The notes under the pieces: generated by a model
What the model was told of the DNA's origin: nothing
What the model saw: only the letters and a program-made list of their open reading frames with translations
The model's database searches: none
Program-made: the position numbers and the translations under genes
Assembly: GCA_040007095.1 (NCBI GenBank)
Contig: JBDTVS010000192.1
Location: 16,552-80,551, forward strand
Length of the DNA: 64,000 bases
Direction of reading: 5' to 3'
Origin: Acidobacteriota bacterium
GTDB lineage: Bacteria; Acidobacteriota; Vicinamibacteria; Vicinamibacterales; CAVVIG01
Part shown: in pieces, positions 7,087 to 17,288 of the stretch
Layout: every line of letters begins with the position of its first letter
Numbering within the stretch: the stretch's first letter is position 1

Positions 7087-10068
7087 ATGCGAGTGAGGTG
7101 TACCCGGTTCGTGACGGGATGCTTGCTGGCGGGGCTGCTTGCTCTGCCCGCGAACGTCAACGGGCAAGGGGCCACGCAGGCCTCCATTACCGGCATCGTT
7201 CGTGACACGTCTGGCGCCGTGCTGCCGGGCGTGACGGTCGAGGCATCGAGCGACGCGCTCATCGAGAAAGTGCGCGGTGGCATCACGGACGGCACCGGGC
7301 GGTACCGGATCGCGGGCCTGCCGCCCGGCATGTACACGATGACGTTCACGCTCACCGGCTTCCGCACGGTACGGCGGGAAGGACTGGCCCTGGCCGGATC
7401 GTTCGTGGCGACGGCTGACGTGAGCCTCCAGGTCGGCGCACTCGAGGAGACGATCACGGTGACGGCGGAGACCCCCGTCGTGGACGTGTCGAGCGCGCAG
7501 CGCCAGCAGGTCATCAACAGCGACGTGATAGCCGCGATTCCGGCCAACCGCTCCTTCGAGAACCTGGCCGCGCTCGTGCCCGGGATCCAGTTGGCCACCA
7601 CCGCGCAGAATGTGGGCGGGATTCAAGGGCCCGTGCCGCCGTACTTTACGGGCCATGGCGGGAGCAGCTTCGAAGGCCGGCTGCGCATCGACGGGATGAC
7701 TACCGGCGGCTCCACTGGCGGCGTCTCGCTCATGGCCCTCGATACGGGCAATGCGGCCGAGGTCACGGTGAGCACGACCGGGGGGCTTGCCGACGCCGAA
7801 AACGGCGGAGCGGTATTCAACATCGTCCCGCGCACGGGAGGGAACACCTTCGCGGGCAATCTCTTTCTCATGGGTGCGCGCGCCGGGATGCAGAGCGACA
7901 ACTTCACTCAGGCGTTGAAGGATGCCGGCTTACGGTCTCCCTCAGAGCTGGATAAGATCTGGGACGCGAACTTTGGAATGGGGGGCCCGATCAAGCGGGA
8001 TCGGCTGTGGTTCTTCGGGACCTTCCGCAGCACGGGCAGCTTCCTGTCCATCTCGGACACGTTCTACAACAAGAACGCGGGCAATCCCAACCCGGCCTTC
8101 TGGTACTACGATCCGGATCTGAGCCGGCCCGTGCTCAATGACCAGAAGTGGCTGGACGAATCGCTGCGGCTGACGTGGCAGGCGACGCCGCGCAACAAGG
8201 TGACGGCCTTCTGGAACGAGCAGCAGCAGAGTCGCGGGCAGACGGGCGGGGGCAGCCCGACGGTGTCGCCCGAGGCGAGTGAAGGGACCAAGGTGCCGGC
8301 GATCCGGGTCTATCAGGCGCAGTGGACGGCGCCGGTGTCGAATCGCGTGCTGTTCGAGGCGGCGTTCTCGGGCTTGAACGCCCTCTACAGCCGGGAGAAG
8401 CCGGGGAACAACAAGAGTATCCCCTTTATCCAGGAGCAGACCGGGCCGGTCACGTTCGGGTCGCACGAGTGGCGCCCCACTGTTTCCTTCACGCCGCGCG
8501 TGCGCGCGCACATGACGTATGTCACCGGGTCGCACAACATGAAGGTCGGCGTCGACCACTATATGAACCACGCGATCCGCACGTGGTCCACCAACGACCT
8601 GAACCTGCGGTACCGCGTCCTCAACCGGGTGCCGAACCAGATCACGATGTTCGCCAGCGGCCACAGCGAGGACGCCACCGTGCGAGGCGGCGCGATCTAC
8701 GGCCAGGACCAGTGGACGGTGAAGCGGCTCACGTTCCAGGGTGGGCTGCGGTTCGACTATGGGAGCAGCAGCGTGCCGCAGCAGCAGGAGGGGCCGTCGC
8801 GGTTCTTCCCGGTGCCGATTGTGTTTCCGGCGCAGGAATTGGTAACGGGCTACAGGGACCTCAGCCTGCGGGGTGGGTTGGCGTGGGACGTGTTCGGCAA
8901 CGGGAAGACGTCGGTGAAGGGGAGCGGTGGCAAGTACATCGACACCGTGCAGTGGGACGGCATCTACATCGACGCCAACCCGATGCGCGCGCTAATCAGC
9001 GGCGGGAGCCCGCCTACGGTGACCCGGTCGTGGACCGATCGCAACAGCGACTTCGTCCCGCAATGCGACTTCCAGAACCCGCAGACCAACGGCGAGTGCG
9101 GGACGATGTCGAACGTGAACTTCGGCCAGGTCCAGACGCCCTCGAGCACCTTTGACCCCAGCATCCTCGGCGGCTGGGGGATTCGCCCCCGCAACTACCA
9201 GATCAACGTCTCGGTACAGCAGCAGGTGTTCCCGCGTGTCTCGGTGGAGGTGGGTTACAACCACCGGTGGTTCCCGCCGGCGACCTCGCCTGGATCAGCA
9301 GCCGGAGGGGACTTCACAGTCACCGACAACCGGGCGGTGACGCCCGCCGACTACGATCGGTTCAGCATCACGGCCCCGTCCGACCCGCGGCTGCCGGGCG
9401 GCGGCAACTACGTGATCAGCGACCTGACGAACATCTCGAACGCGGCCTTCGGAAAGACGGACAACTTCGTCACGCTGGCCCGCAACTTCGGCGACTCTAC
9501 GAACTACTGGCACGGCGTGGACATGAATATCAACGCACGGACGGCCAACGGGATCACCATGCAGGGCGGGACGAGCACGGGGCGCCGGGTGGTGGACAGC
9601 TGCAACCTGATCATCGACGATCCGAGCCGGCGGAACTGCGCCGTGAGGTATCCGTTCCAGACGGATCTTCGGGGCCTGGCGTCCTACACGATCCCGCGGA
9701 TCGACGTCCAGGTGGCGGGGACCTGGCAGAGCCGTCCGGGGCCGGAGCTCGTGGCCAACTGGGTCGTGCCGAATGCGGTGATCCAACCGTCTCTCGGGCG
9801 TCCGCTCTCCGGCGGCGCCGCCAACGTGACGGTCAACCTGCTGAATCCGGGCCAGGTGTACGGCGATCGGGTCAACGAGCTGGATCTGCGGGTCGCGAAG
9901 GTCGTGCGGTTCCGCAGGACGAACGCCATTGTCGGCGTCGACATCTACAACGTGACAAATTCGAGTGTCACCCTGACGTACAACTCCACCTACGGGACGA
10001 CGTGGCTGCGGCCGACCTCCTTCATCGCTGCCCGGTGGATCAAGGTCACCGGTCAGTTCAACTTCTAG
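7087..10068 (+). CDS. TonB-dependent receptor with N-terminal carboxypeptidase-regulatory-like domain
   Basis: ATG at 7087 with signal peptide ..ALPANVNGQG. Contains ITGIVRDTSGAVLPGVTVEA..GRYRIAGLPPGMYTMTF. The beta-barrel-length protein ends in ..TGQFNF (C-terminal Phe). The track 5' extension from 6799 is not coding-like. Confidence 0.9.
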   Translation: MRVRCTRFVTGCLLAGLLALPANVNGQGATQASITGIVRDTSGAVLPGVTVEASSDALIEKVRGGITDGTGRYRIAGLPPGMYTMTFTLTGFRTVRREGLALAGSFVATADVSLQVGALEETITVTAETPVVDVSSAQRQQVINSDVIAAIPANRSFENLAALVPGIQLATTAQNVGGIQGPVPPYFTGHGGSSFEGRLRIDGMTTGGSTGGVSLMALDTGNAAEVTVSTTGGLADAENGGAVFNIVPRTGGNTFAGNLFLMGARAGMQSDNFTQALKDAGLRSPSELDKIWDANFGMGGPIKRDRLWFFGTFRSTGSFLSISDTFYNKNAGNPNPAFWYYDPDLSRPVLNDQKWLDESLRLTWQATPRNKVTAFWNEQQQSRGQTGGGSPTVSPEASEGTKVPAIRVYQAQWTAPVSNRVLFEAAFSGLNALYSREKPGNNKSIPFIQEQTGPVTFGSHEWRPTVSFTPRVRAHMTYVTGSHNMKVGVDHYMNHAIRTWSTNDLNLRYRVLNRVPNQITMFASGHSEDATVRGGAIYGQDQWTVKRLTFQGGLRFDYGSSSVPQQQEGPSRFFPVPIVFPAQELVTGYRDLSLRGGLAWDVFGNGKTSVKGSGGKYIDTVQWDGIYIDANPMRALISGGSPPTVTRSWTDRNSDFVPQCDFQNPQTNGECGTMSNVNFGQVQTPSSTFDPSILGGWGIRPRNYQINVSVQQQVFPRVSVEVGYNHRWFPPATSPGSAAGGDFTVTDNRAVTPADYDRFSITAPSDPRLPGGGNYVISDLTNISNAAFGKTDNFVTLARNFGDSTNYWHGVDMNINARTANGITMQGGTSTGRRVVDSCNLIIDDPSRRNCAVRYPFQTDLRGLASYTIPRIDVQVAGTWQSRPGPELVANWVVPNAVIQPSLGRPLSGGAANVTVNLLNPGQVYGDRVNELDLRVAKVVRFRRTNAIVGVDIYNVTNSSVTLTYNSTYGTTWLRPTSFIAARWIKVTGQFNF

Positions 10069-10243
10069 TTGAGAGATCGCGAACCCGCGCCACGAGTCTG
10101 GAGGACCGGCATCAAGACTGAGCCGGTCACCTTCCACGGCGCCGCCGGGCCGTCGAGTCCCGGCGGCTGCTCGCGTCCGAAGGCGCAACGGTTCCGCCTC
10201 GACGCGAGCTCGGCTTGCGGCTAGACTGGCCCAGCCAAGCGAG

Positions 10244-11746
10244 ATGGGTGCCCCTTGCGCCGGCCTGACGGCGGTCTTCCGAGTGGGCGTCTCGGCGTTG
10301 CTGCTCTGCCTCTCGGCCGCTCCCACCGTCTTCACCACCCAGGCCCTGCCACTCACCGGAGCGCGTCGATCGAACCTCCCGTACGTCGCCGTGAGATCGA
10401 TTGTCGACGCGCTGCCACGGGATCGCATTCCGGCCGACTTGCGGTCGAAAACGCCTGCGGCGCGTGAGTCCGCCTGGCCGGACTGGGTCGCCGGCCGGGA
10501 CCGGGACATCCGGGCGCGCCTCGCCCTGGGGGACGAGGACTCGATATTCAACCTCACGCTGTTCGGCACGACGTTCACGAACCAGCGACCGCTGACCGAA
10601 CGCGATATCGCCGACACGGCCGACGGCCGGGCGATGCCGGACATCGTGCGGTTGCGCATCCGGGACCTGATTCAGGGCCTGGCCACGCCCGGGACCAACG
10701 AGCGGCTCGACTTCGCGCGCGTGGTCGCCAGGCGACAGCCCATCGATCTGGCCGCGCCGGACGCAGAGCGGCGGCTCCGGGACTGGCTGGAAAAAGGCAT
10801 CGCGCGGGTCGTGGCCGAATACGGCCGGCACGCCGACCTGGTGGACGGCCCCGCCAGCAGCGATGCCGATCGGGCGACGCTCTTCCGCGACCGGGGATTG
10901 TCATCCGATACGTCCATCTTTCCGGGGTTCGGCATCGAGCAGACGCTCGCCGTCCTGATGGCCAACTCACTGGTGGCCGCGGGCAGTGTCCATCGCGTTG
11001 CGATTGTCGGGCCGGGCCTTGACTTCGCCGACAAGCGCCAGGGATACGACTTCTACCCGGTGCAGACGATTCAGCCATTCGCCGTTATCGATTCGCTGAT
11101 CAGGCTCGGTCTTGCATCGCCGGGCCAGATTCGCGTGACGACGTTCGATGTCAGTCCGAGGGTCAACCAGCACCTGGAGGGGGCGCGACAGCGGGCCGAC
11201 GTGGGCGGCGCCTACCTGCTGAACTTGCCCCAACGGACGGATCTGTTCCGATGGAGCCCATATCTGGTCTCGTATTGGGCGAATCTCGGAGACCGGATCG
11301 GGACGGCGATCCCACCGGCCGCGGCGCCACCCGACACGGTGCCTGTGAAAATGCGCACCGTGCACGTCCGTGCCGACATCGTGAAGGCCATCGTGCCCGA
11401 TGACCTCAACATCGTCGTCCAGCGGCTGGACCCGTTGGCATCGGGCGATCTGTTCGACTTGATTATCGCCACCAACGTGCTCGTCTACTACGATGTCTTC
11501 GAGCAGTCGCTGGCCCTCAGCAACGTCGGGACGATGTTGCGGCCTGGCGGACTGTTCCTGAGCAATCAGGTCGTCCAGCCGCTTCCGTCCATCCCGATGG
11601 AGATGCTCGGGCACACGGACGTTCCGATGGAGCTCGCCGCGGCCTCGAACAATGGACGCCCGTCGAAACCGGTGGGCGATCGGTTCTTCTCCTATCGGCG
11701 TCTGTCATCGCCGGCGGTGAGCGGGGCGGCCGGGAGAAACCCGTGA
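10244..11746 (+). CDS. class I SAM-dependent methyltransferase-fold protein with N-terminal signal/anchor-like segment
   Basis: Motif I-like VAIVGPGLDF and post-I FDLIIATNVLVYYD..MLRPGGLFLSN. The N-terminus is hydrophobic (VGVSALLLCLSAAPTVFTTQA). Confidence 0.65.
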   Translation: MGAPCAGLTAVFRVGVSALLLCLSAAPTVFTTQALPLTGARRSNLPYVAVRSIVDALPRDRIPADLRSKTPAARESAWPDWVAGRDRDIRARLALGDEDSIFNLTLFGTTFTNQRPLTERDIADTADGRAMPDIVRLRIRDLIQGLATPGTNERLDFARVVARRQPIDLAAPDAERRLRDWLEKGIARVVAEYGRHADLVDGPASSDADRATLFRDRGLSSDTSIFPGFGIEQTLAVLMANSLVAAGSVHRVAIVGPGLDFADKRQGYDFYPVQTIQPFAVIDSLIRLGLASPGQIRVTTFDVSPRVNQHLEGARQRADVGGAYLLNLPQRTDLFRWSPYLVSYWANLGDRIGTAIPPAAAPPDTVPVKMRTVHVRADIVKAIVPDDLNIVVQRLDPLASGDLFDLIIATNVLVYYDVFEQSLALSNVGTMLRPGGLFLSNQVVQPLPSIPMEMLGHTDVPMELAAASNNGRPSKPVGDRFFSYRRLSSPAVSGAAGRNP

Positions 11747-11865
11747 GCAGGACCAAAGGCACGTTCGGCCGCGATCTGTCCGGCGTCCGCCCCGGGCAGG
11801 TGGCAATCGTCTGCACTCTGCCCGGAGCGCTATTGTTTCGAGGATGTTTCGACGCGGGCTGTGGG

Positions 11866-12723
11866 CTACTTGATGTGGTGGGTCGATCGCTCGTTCTCGT
11901 TGCAGATGAATTCGATCATCTCCTGGTCCACCATGAGGCGGTGGTTCACGCGCACCGTGAAGGGCTTCGTGTACGCCTTGGGATCGTCGATCGTGATGTC
12001 AATCTCGAGTGTGCCGAAATTCGGACGGCGGAACCGCTCGGTCATCTTGAGTGATTCAGTGTAAGGGCTGCCGTTGACGTCCAGCCAGCCGGCCTTCTCG
12101 TCGCCGCGAAAATTCGTGGTCTCGACGACCAGCGTATCGCCCTCGAACCAGCCCCGCGAGTATCCGAACCACCACGGCACCGGATCGTTGTTCGGGGCGG
12201 GGCGCCCATCCAGATAAATATAGCGAAGACCGTAGTTCGATTCGTAGGTAATCAGCGCCAGATTCTTGGTCTGGACGATCTGCCGGGGCTGCGGGTGATT
12301 GTGGTACTGCATGAGGCCGATCGGAAGGCACCAGACATCCGGGTTGTCCTTGCTGTTGTCGGCCATTCGCTTCTTCTTCAATTCGGCAGCCCAGGGCTGC
12401 AGCGGCAGCGCGTATCCTCGGCCGGCCACCTCGAAGAATTGGGACACGGGAAGCGCGTCCGGGGCGGGAGCGGGAGCCGCAGGGGCGGCGCCAGCGCCGG
12501 GTCCTGCGCCACGACCCCGCCCGCCAGCGGGCCTGAGCTCCCAGATGCCCGAGAAATCCACCTTGCCATCAGCTGTGCGCGGCGTCGGGCCGTCGAGAAT
12601 GGGTTTGCCGTCCGGGGTTCGCGGAACTCCAGGCGTCGGGGACGAGGGCCACTGTGCGCCCATCGAAACGGATGTTGCGGCGGCTATCGCGAGCGCGACT
12701 ATCATTCGAACCAGTATCTTCAT
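11866..12723 (-). CDS. secreted WEGDTLVV-type family protein
   Basis: Signal peptide MKILVRMIVALAIAAATSVSMGAQ. Motifs are GWFEGDTLVVETTNFRGDEKAGWLD..MTERFRR..TIDDPKAYTKPFT..FICNENERS. It lies 140 nt downstream of the TBDR gene on the same strand. Confidence 0.85.
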   Translation of the reverse strand: MKILVRMIVALAIAAATSVSMGAQWPSSPTPGVPRTPDGKPILDGPTPRTADGKVDFSGIWELRPAGGRGRGAGPGAGAAPAAPAPAPDALPVSQFFEVAGRGYALPLQPWAAELKKKRMADNSKDNPDVWCLPIGLMQYHNHPQPRQIVQTKNLALITYESNYGLRYIYLDGRPAPNNDPVPWWFGYSRGWFEGDTLVVETTNFRGDEKAGWLDVNGSPYTESLKMTERFRRPNFGTLEIDITIDDPKAYTKPFTVRVNHRLMVDQEMIEFICNENERSTHHIK

Positions 12724-12863
12724 TCAGATCTCCTCGCCAGAGTCTCACGGCAGCCCGTTGGTCCCTCACAACGAAAACTGCTCGCGCCTTCTGGCCGGAT
12801 CAGAAAGCCGTGATCAGGTCGAACGATTATAGGCGGGGTCGAAGCCGGGGCCAGACCTCCGGC

Positions 12864-15800
12864 TCAGAACGAGTATTTCAGGGCGAGCTGCACCAGGCGG
12901 GGCGGCGCGGCGCGCACGATCTGGCCGAACGTCGAACTGCTGACGTTGCCGTCCACGGAGCCGGCGCCGTAGAACTGCGCCGTATTGAACACGTTGAACA
13001 TTTCCAGACGGAACTGCACGGCCTGTCCCTTCCCCAACGCCACGCGCTTCAGCAGCGTCAGGTCGGTGTTGATGATGCCCGGTCCGTAGAAGAATCGACG
13101 CGGGGCATTGCCCAGCTGGCCATCCGGTGGAATCGAGAAGCACGCGGTATTGAACGCGTCGCCCTTGGCGGGATCATGATTGATCTTCAGGTCGCAGCCA
13201 GGAGTGTAGTCCGGCGTATCGAGCCCATGGTTGTTGACTCCGTTCCCAAAAGTGCCGAGCAGCGACGAGTCGGTGTCGTTGTAGAGCGTGACCGGGAATC
13301 CGCTGCTGAGTCGCGTGATCCCGGCAATGGCCCACCCCGTCGTCCAGCCATTCTGCCTGTGGAACACGCGCTCGAACGGCAGGTCGACGTTATAGCTCGC
13401 GATGAAATTGTGCCGCACGTCGAACGCCGACGGGGCCCAGGTGGCCTCCGGATCGAACGGGTTGATCTGTTCTCCGATGAACGACGACGTGTCCATCGAC
13501 TTGGCCAGCGTGTAGCCGAGCAGGAATCCGGCATGCGGACCGGTGTAGCGCAGGTCCGCCTCGAAGGCGTTGTACAGCGAGCGCCCGATGGTGCGCTGCG
13601 CCGTGATGCTGCCGAAATTCGGCGCAAACGGTCGTGTGCCGTTGATCACCGTGCCATCGGCCCTGGTGAAGACGCCGTTTTCAGAGAAGGGTCCACACGT
13701 CGCGCTGCCCGGCGCGACCTGGCTCTCCTGGCTCACACTCAGGCAGAGCGCAGGGTCGCCCGGGTTGGTGGGTTGGACGACGAGGATGTTGCGCCCCTGG
13801 CTGCCGACATAACTCAGGGTCATCACCAGTCCCATGCCCAGCTGCCGGTCAATCGAGAGCATGTAGTTGCGCGTGAACGGTACGTCGTTGTCGTGGTAGT
13901 AGTACGGGTCGCCGTTGATCGGGAGCAGCCGCGACCAGTCGACAGACGTGCCCGGCTTGCTGGGCGAAGCGTCGAGCGGCGCCGGCGTGTGCGGGAACGG
14001 CTGACCGTTGATCGTGCCGTCGGCCGCGGTGATGAACGGTGTGTCGAACAGCGGCGGCGCCGGGCTCAGGTAGTTCTCGCCGTACGGCGGGATGCTGTAC
14101 ATGATGCCCGCCGAGAGTCCGGGAATCGCGGTGTAGAAGATCCCGAAACTCGAGCGGATGCTGCTCTGTCCGTCGCTGCCGAACAACGTTTTCAGCACGC
14201 CGTCCGAGAACGACGGGACGTAGGCGATGCCCACGCGCGGCGAAAACTTGTGGCGCGCCGGTGACAACGTCCGCGGAATCCCATCGTCCCCCGGGTAGAC
14301 GAATCCAGCGGGTCCGGTCGGATAGACCACCGACTGCCGCCCTGGGATGAAGGTCTGGATCTGATTGTACTTGTCGTACCACGGCTCCATGAAGTCATAC
14401 CGCAGGCCGTAATTCAGCGTGACGTTCGGCCGGACGCGCCAGCTGTCCTGTCCGAACGCGCCGGCGTACCTGTTGCGGATGAAGAACGGCGTGCCGGCCG
14501 CCTGGATGTAGCCGCTCGGTGCGCCGAGCAGGAAGTCCGCGAAATCCGAGCCGGTCTCCGTGCCTTGAAACGAGAACGTCCCGTTGAACTGCGCGTTGGG
14601 ATCGATGTCGACCTGCGCGTACTGGATCTCTCCGCCGCCGCGGAAGGTATGCGTTCCCACGACCTTCGACACGTTGTCGCTGAAGTGGTAGGTGTTGTTC
14701 GCCTGATTCACGTTGGTGGTCGTCACGCCGAACACGAACTTCTCGAACGCCACGTTCTCGACGCCTTCAAACTGCGGCGCCTGGACGACGATGCCTGGCG
14801 TGCCGGGGCCGGTGACGAAGCCCTGCGACGCAATCGGGACGCCGAGGCCGCCCTTCGGCGCGCCGATGTCGTTGATGTTCCGCATGTAGCTGAAGTGGAA
14901 CTCGTTGACCAGGCCGGAACCGAGCACGTTGTTGCTGCCGACCGCCAGGAGCTGCGCGCGCCCGATGGTCAAGGCGTCGAACCCCGGCACGTTCGCGCCG
15001 CCCTGCGCGCCAGGATAGGGGTTGTCCAGCCGGTAGTCGTCGACAAAGTAGTACGCAGACAGCAGTCCGAGCCGGCTGTTCCCGTCGATGCGGATCGACC
15101 CCTTGTCGTCACGCACGGTCTGCGGGAACGCGCCGGTGGAAAAGGCGCCGGCGCCCGTATTGGGCGTCGGGATGTATTGGAGCAGCTTCTGCGCCGGCGC
15201 CGACCACGCCCGCGTGGGAATCATCGCGTTCGGCAGCACGCAGGCGGCCGAGCTCGTGCAGCCGGGCACGTAGTACGGCTCTCCGGCCGACACGGGGTAG
15301 CCCAGGCGCTGCGACAGCAAACTCGCGAAGTAGGGGCCGTTGACCGTGCCATTGAGCGCGCTCGGGTCGAGCGAGAAATTACCGGCCCGCTCGGCCAGCG
15401 TCGGCACGGGGATGAGGCCTGTCTCGATGCCTTGGGTCGTGCGCGTGCCCTGATAGTCGGCGAAGAAGAATACCTTGCCCTTCTTCACCGGCCCGCCAAC
15501 CGTTCCCCCCGGCTGCTGCTGTTTGAACTCCGCGCGTTCCGGCGAGAAGTAGTTCTTCTTGTCGAGCGCCGTGTTGCGGACGAAGTCGAACGCGCTCCCG
15601 TGAAACACATCGCTGCCCGACTTGGTGATCACGCTGACGATGCCGCCGTTGTAGTTGCCGTACTGCGGATCGAAATTGCTGGTGAGGACGCGAAACTGAT
15701 CGACCGAGTCGAGGTTGGGCACCACGGACGTGCCGCCGTTCATGCGCTCCTGAACGTCGCTGCCGTTGACGAGGAAGCTATTGGCCGACTCGCGCTGGCC

Positions 15801-16478
15801 GCTGATCGACAGATTGCCGGGATTGAGCTGCCCCGACGGCGCCACGGCGCCGGTCACGCCCGCCATGATGATCGAGTCGGACTGCATGGTCGTGACCGGA
15901 ATCACGCCCGGTTGGATGGCGAGCAGGTCCGTGAAGCTCCGGCCGTTGAGCGACAGGGTCGTCATCGTCGCGGCCGCCACGACCTCGCCGATCTGCGTCG
16001 AGGTGGTTTCGACGTGCACGGAGGTGGCCGTGACGGTGACCGTCTCGCTCTGCCCGCCCACTTCGAGGGTCGCGTCGATCTGCAGTCGGCTGTTGATATC
16101 CACTGCCACCCCTGTGCGCTTCAACGGCTTGAAGCCATCGAGCGTGACGGTCAGGTCGTAGCGCCCCACCGGGACGTTCGGAAACGAGTACACGCCCTGT
16201 CCGTCTGTCACCACGGTGGTTTGGTTGCCGAGCGTCGTGTTCGTAAGCGTGACGGTGGCGCCTGGAATCACGGCGGCGCTCGCGTCCTTGACCGTGCCGC
16301 TCAAGCTGCCGCCGGCCTGCGCGTAGCTGGTCGTTGACCATCCGATGCACGCGATCGCGACAATCGCTGACGAGCCGAGCCACCGGGCGCCATTGCGGAG
16401 ATGCGTCACACGCGCTCGCGGGGCGGCGCCGCCGCCGAGCGCCTTGACGAGCCGATGGAACCAACAGAGTCCCGACAT
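12864..16478 (-). CDS. TonB-dependent receptor (about 1200-aa subtype) with carboxypeptidase-regulatory-like domain
   Basis: ATG at 16478 with AGGAG 8 nt upstream. Contains LSGTVKDASAAVIPGATVTLTN..GVYSFPNVPVGRYDLTVT. The C-terminus is ..ALKYSF. Confidence 0.9.
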   Translation of the reverse strand: MSGLCWFHRLVKALGGGAAPRARVTHLRNGARWLGSSAIVAIACIGWSTTSYAQAGGSLSGTVKDASAAVIPGATVTLTNTTLGNQTTVVTDGQGVYSFPNVPVGRYDLTVTLDGFKPLKRTGVAVDINSRLQIDATLEVGGQSETVTVTATSVHVETTSTQIGEVVAAATMTTLSLNGRSFTDLLAIQPGVIPVTTMQSDSIIMAGVTGAVAPSGQLNPGNLSISGQRESANSFLVNGSDVQERMNGGTSVVPNLDSVDQFRVLTSNFDPQYGNYNGGIVSVITKSGSDVFHGSAFDFVRNTALDKKNYFSPERAEFKQQQPGGTVGGPVKKGKVFFFADYQGTRTTQGIETGLIPVPTLAERAGNFSLDPSALNGTVNGPYFASLLSQRLGYPVSAGEPYYVPGCTSSAACVLPNAMIPTRAWSAPAQKLLQYIPTPNTGAGAFSTGAFPQTVRDDKGSIRIDGNSRLGLLSAYYFVDDYRLDNPYPGAQGGANVPGFDALTIGRAQLLAVGSNNVLGSGLVNEFHFSYMRNINDIGAPKGGLGVPIASQGFVTGPGTPGIVVQAPQFEGVENVAFEKFVFGVTTTNVNQANNTYHFSDNVSKVVGTHTFRGGGEIQYAQVDIDPNAQFNGTFSFQGTETGSDFADFLLGAPSGYIQAAGTPFFIRNRYAGAFGQDSWRVRPNVTLNYGLRYDFMEPWYDKYNQIQTFIPGRQSVVYPTGPAGFVYPGDDGIPRTLSPARHKFSPRVGIAYVPSFSDGVLKTLFGSDGQSSIRSSFGIFYTAIPGLSAGIMYSIPPYGENYLSPAPPLFDTPFITAADGTINGQPFPHTPAPLDASPSKPGTSVDWSRLLPINGDPYYYHDNDVPFTRNYMLSIDRQLGMGLVMTLSYVGSQGRNILVVQPTNPGDPALCLSVSQESQVAPGSATCGPFSENGVFTRADGTVINGTRPFAPNFGSITAQRTIGRSLYNAFEADLRYTGPHAGFLLGYTLAKSMDTSSFIGEQINPFDPEATWAPSAFDVRHNFIASYNVDLPFERVFHRQNGWTTGWAIAGITRLSSGFPVTLYNDTDSSLLGTFGNGVNNHGLDTPDYTPGCDLKINHDPAKGDAFNTACFSIPPDGQLGNAPRRFFYGPGIINTDLTLLKRVALGKGQAVQFRLEMFNVFNTAQFYGAGSVDGNVSSSTFGQIVRAAPPRLVQLALKYSF

Positions 16479-16646
16479 GTAGATGTGCTCCTGATGACTA
16501 ACCAACGGGTCGGGCGACGTGAATGGCGCACGCCACAAACAATCGACGAGCGCTCGCACGCGAGGAAGACCGAATGACACACGCTGAGTGCAACGCGGTC
16601 AGAATATGTCGCGTGATGGAGCATCGATTCTTAAGAGTTGATGAAC

Positions 16647-16684
16647 TTTTCTTCAGAAGAAACCGCCGAGCGTGCGATCGCACG
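16647..16684. promoter_or_regulatory. two adjacent palindromes in the TBDR upstream region (candidate operator sites)
   Basis: TTTCTTC-A-GAAGAAA at 16647-16661 and a perfect 16-bp palindrome GCGTGCGATCGCACGC at 16669-16684. Both lie about 170-205 nt upstream of the TBDR start at 16478. Confidence 0.3.
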
Positions 16685-16874
16685 CGATCATCAATGACCG
16701 CAGTCGTTTGCCCGTGAAAGTGACTCGCAAGCAGCCGATGAATACTTACTCTCCTGAAACAGAATTCTTACGTATCTGATTCAGTGTGTTGTCAAACAAG
16801 CAAGTATTGATAAGTAAAGTGTAGAGGTTTTGAGATGTATCGTCGCCTCGTAGCAAGGCTCCCCAAGAGGTCAG

Positions 16875-17102
16875 TCACATGGCAGGGATCCCTTCGTCTT
16901 CGGGATACGCGAGCATGCCGAACTCGGGCATGTCCAGACCTTCGAGCTCGGCCTCTTGGCTGGGGCGCATCGAGCGAATGGCGTTCACGACCTCGAACAC
17001 GATGAAGGTTCCAGGCACAAAGGAAATCGCTCTCTCTGTTTCCGTCTCGACGGTTCGGTCAGTACACCGGGACCGGCAACCGCCTTGTGGCCCAAACAGC
17101 AA
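16875..17102 (-). pseudogene. 3'-terminal remnant of an ammonium transporter (Amt) gene
   Basis: The C-terminal about 50 aa of the 242-aa track ORF read ..AISFVPGTFIVFEVVNAIRSMRPSQEAELEGLDMPEFGMLAYPEDE. This aligns with the Amt C-terminal signature seen in the intact copy here (..LLKLIGAVIPLRADAVDESSGLDITQHGEEAY). Upstream residues are not Amt-like. Confidence 0.45.
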
Positions 17103-17288
17103 GCGAGGCCTGGTCTGGACGCATGGCCGCCAGATGATCGAAGAACACCACGGCTGGTCTAGAATCTCCTCACAAGGGCCACCGCCACGGACAACATCTT
17201 CATCAATTATCGGCGCGACGATGCGGCCGCCTATGCCGGCCGCATTGCCGATCACCTTGGCGCCCTGATCGGCGTCCACCGCGTCTTC

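Noticed and set aside
12654-16337. Long plus-strand ORFs (12654-14264 and 14565-16337) inside the TBDR locus
   Set aside because: They are antisense to the 1204-aa TonB-dependent receptor. Their Arg/Ala/Val/Asp-rich, low-complexity translations carry no recognisable domain.
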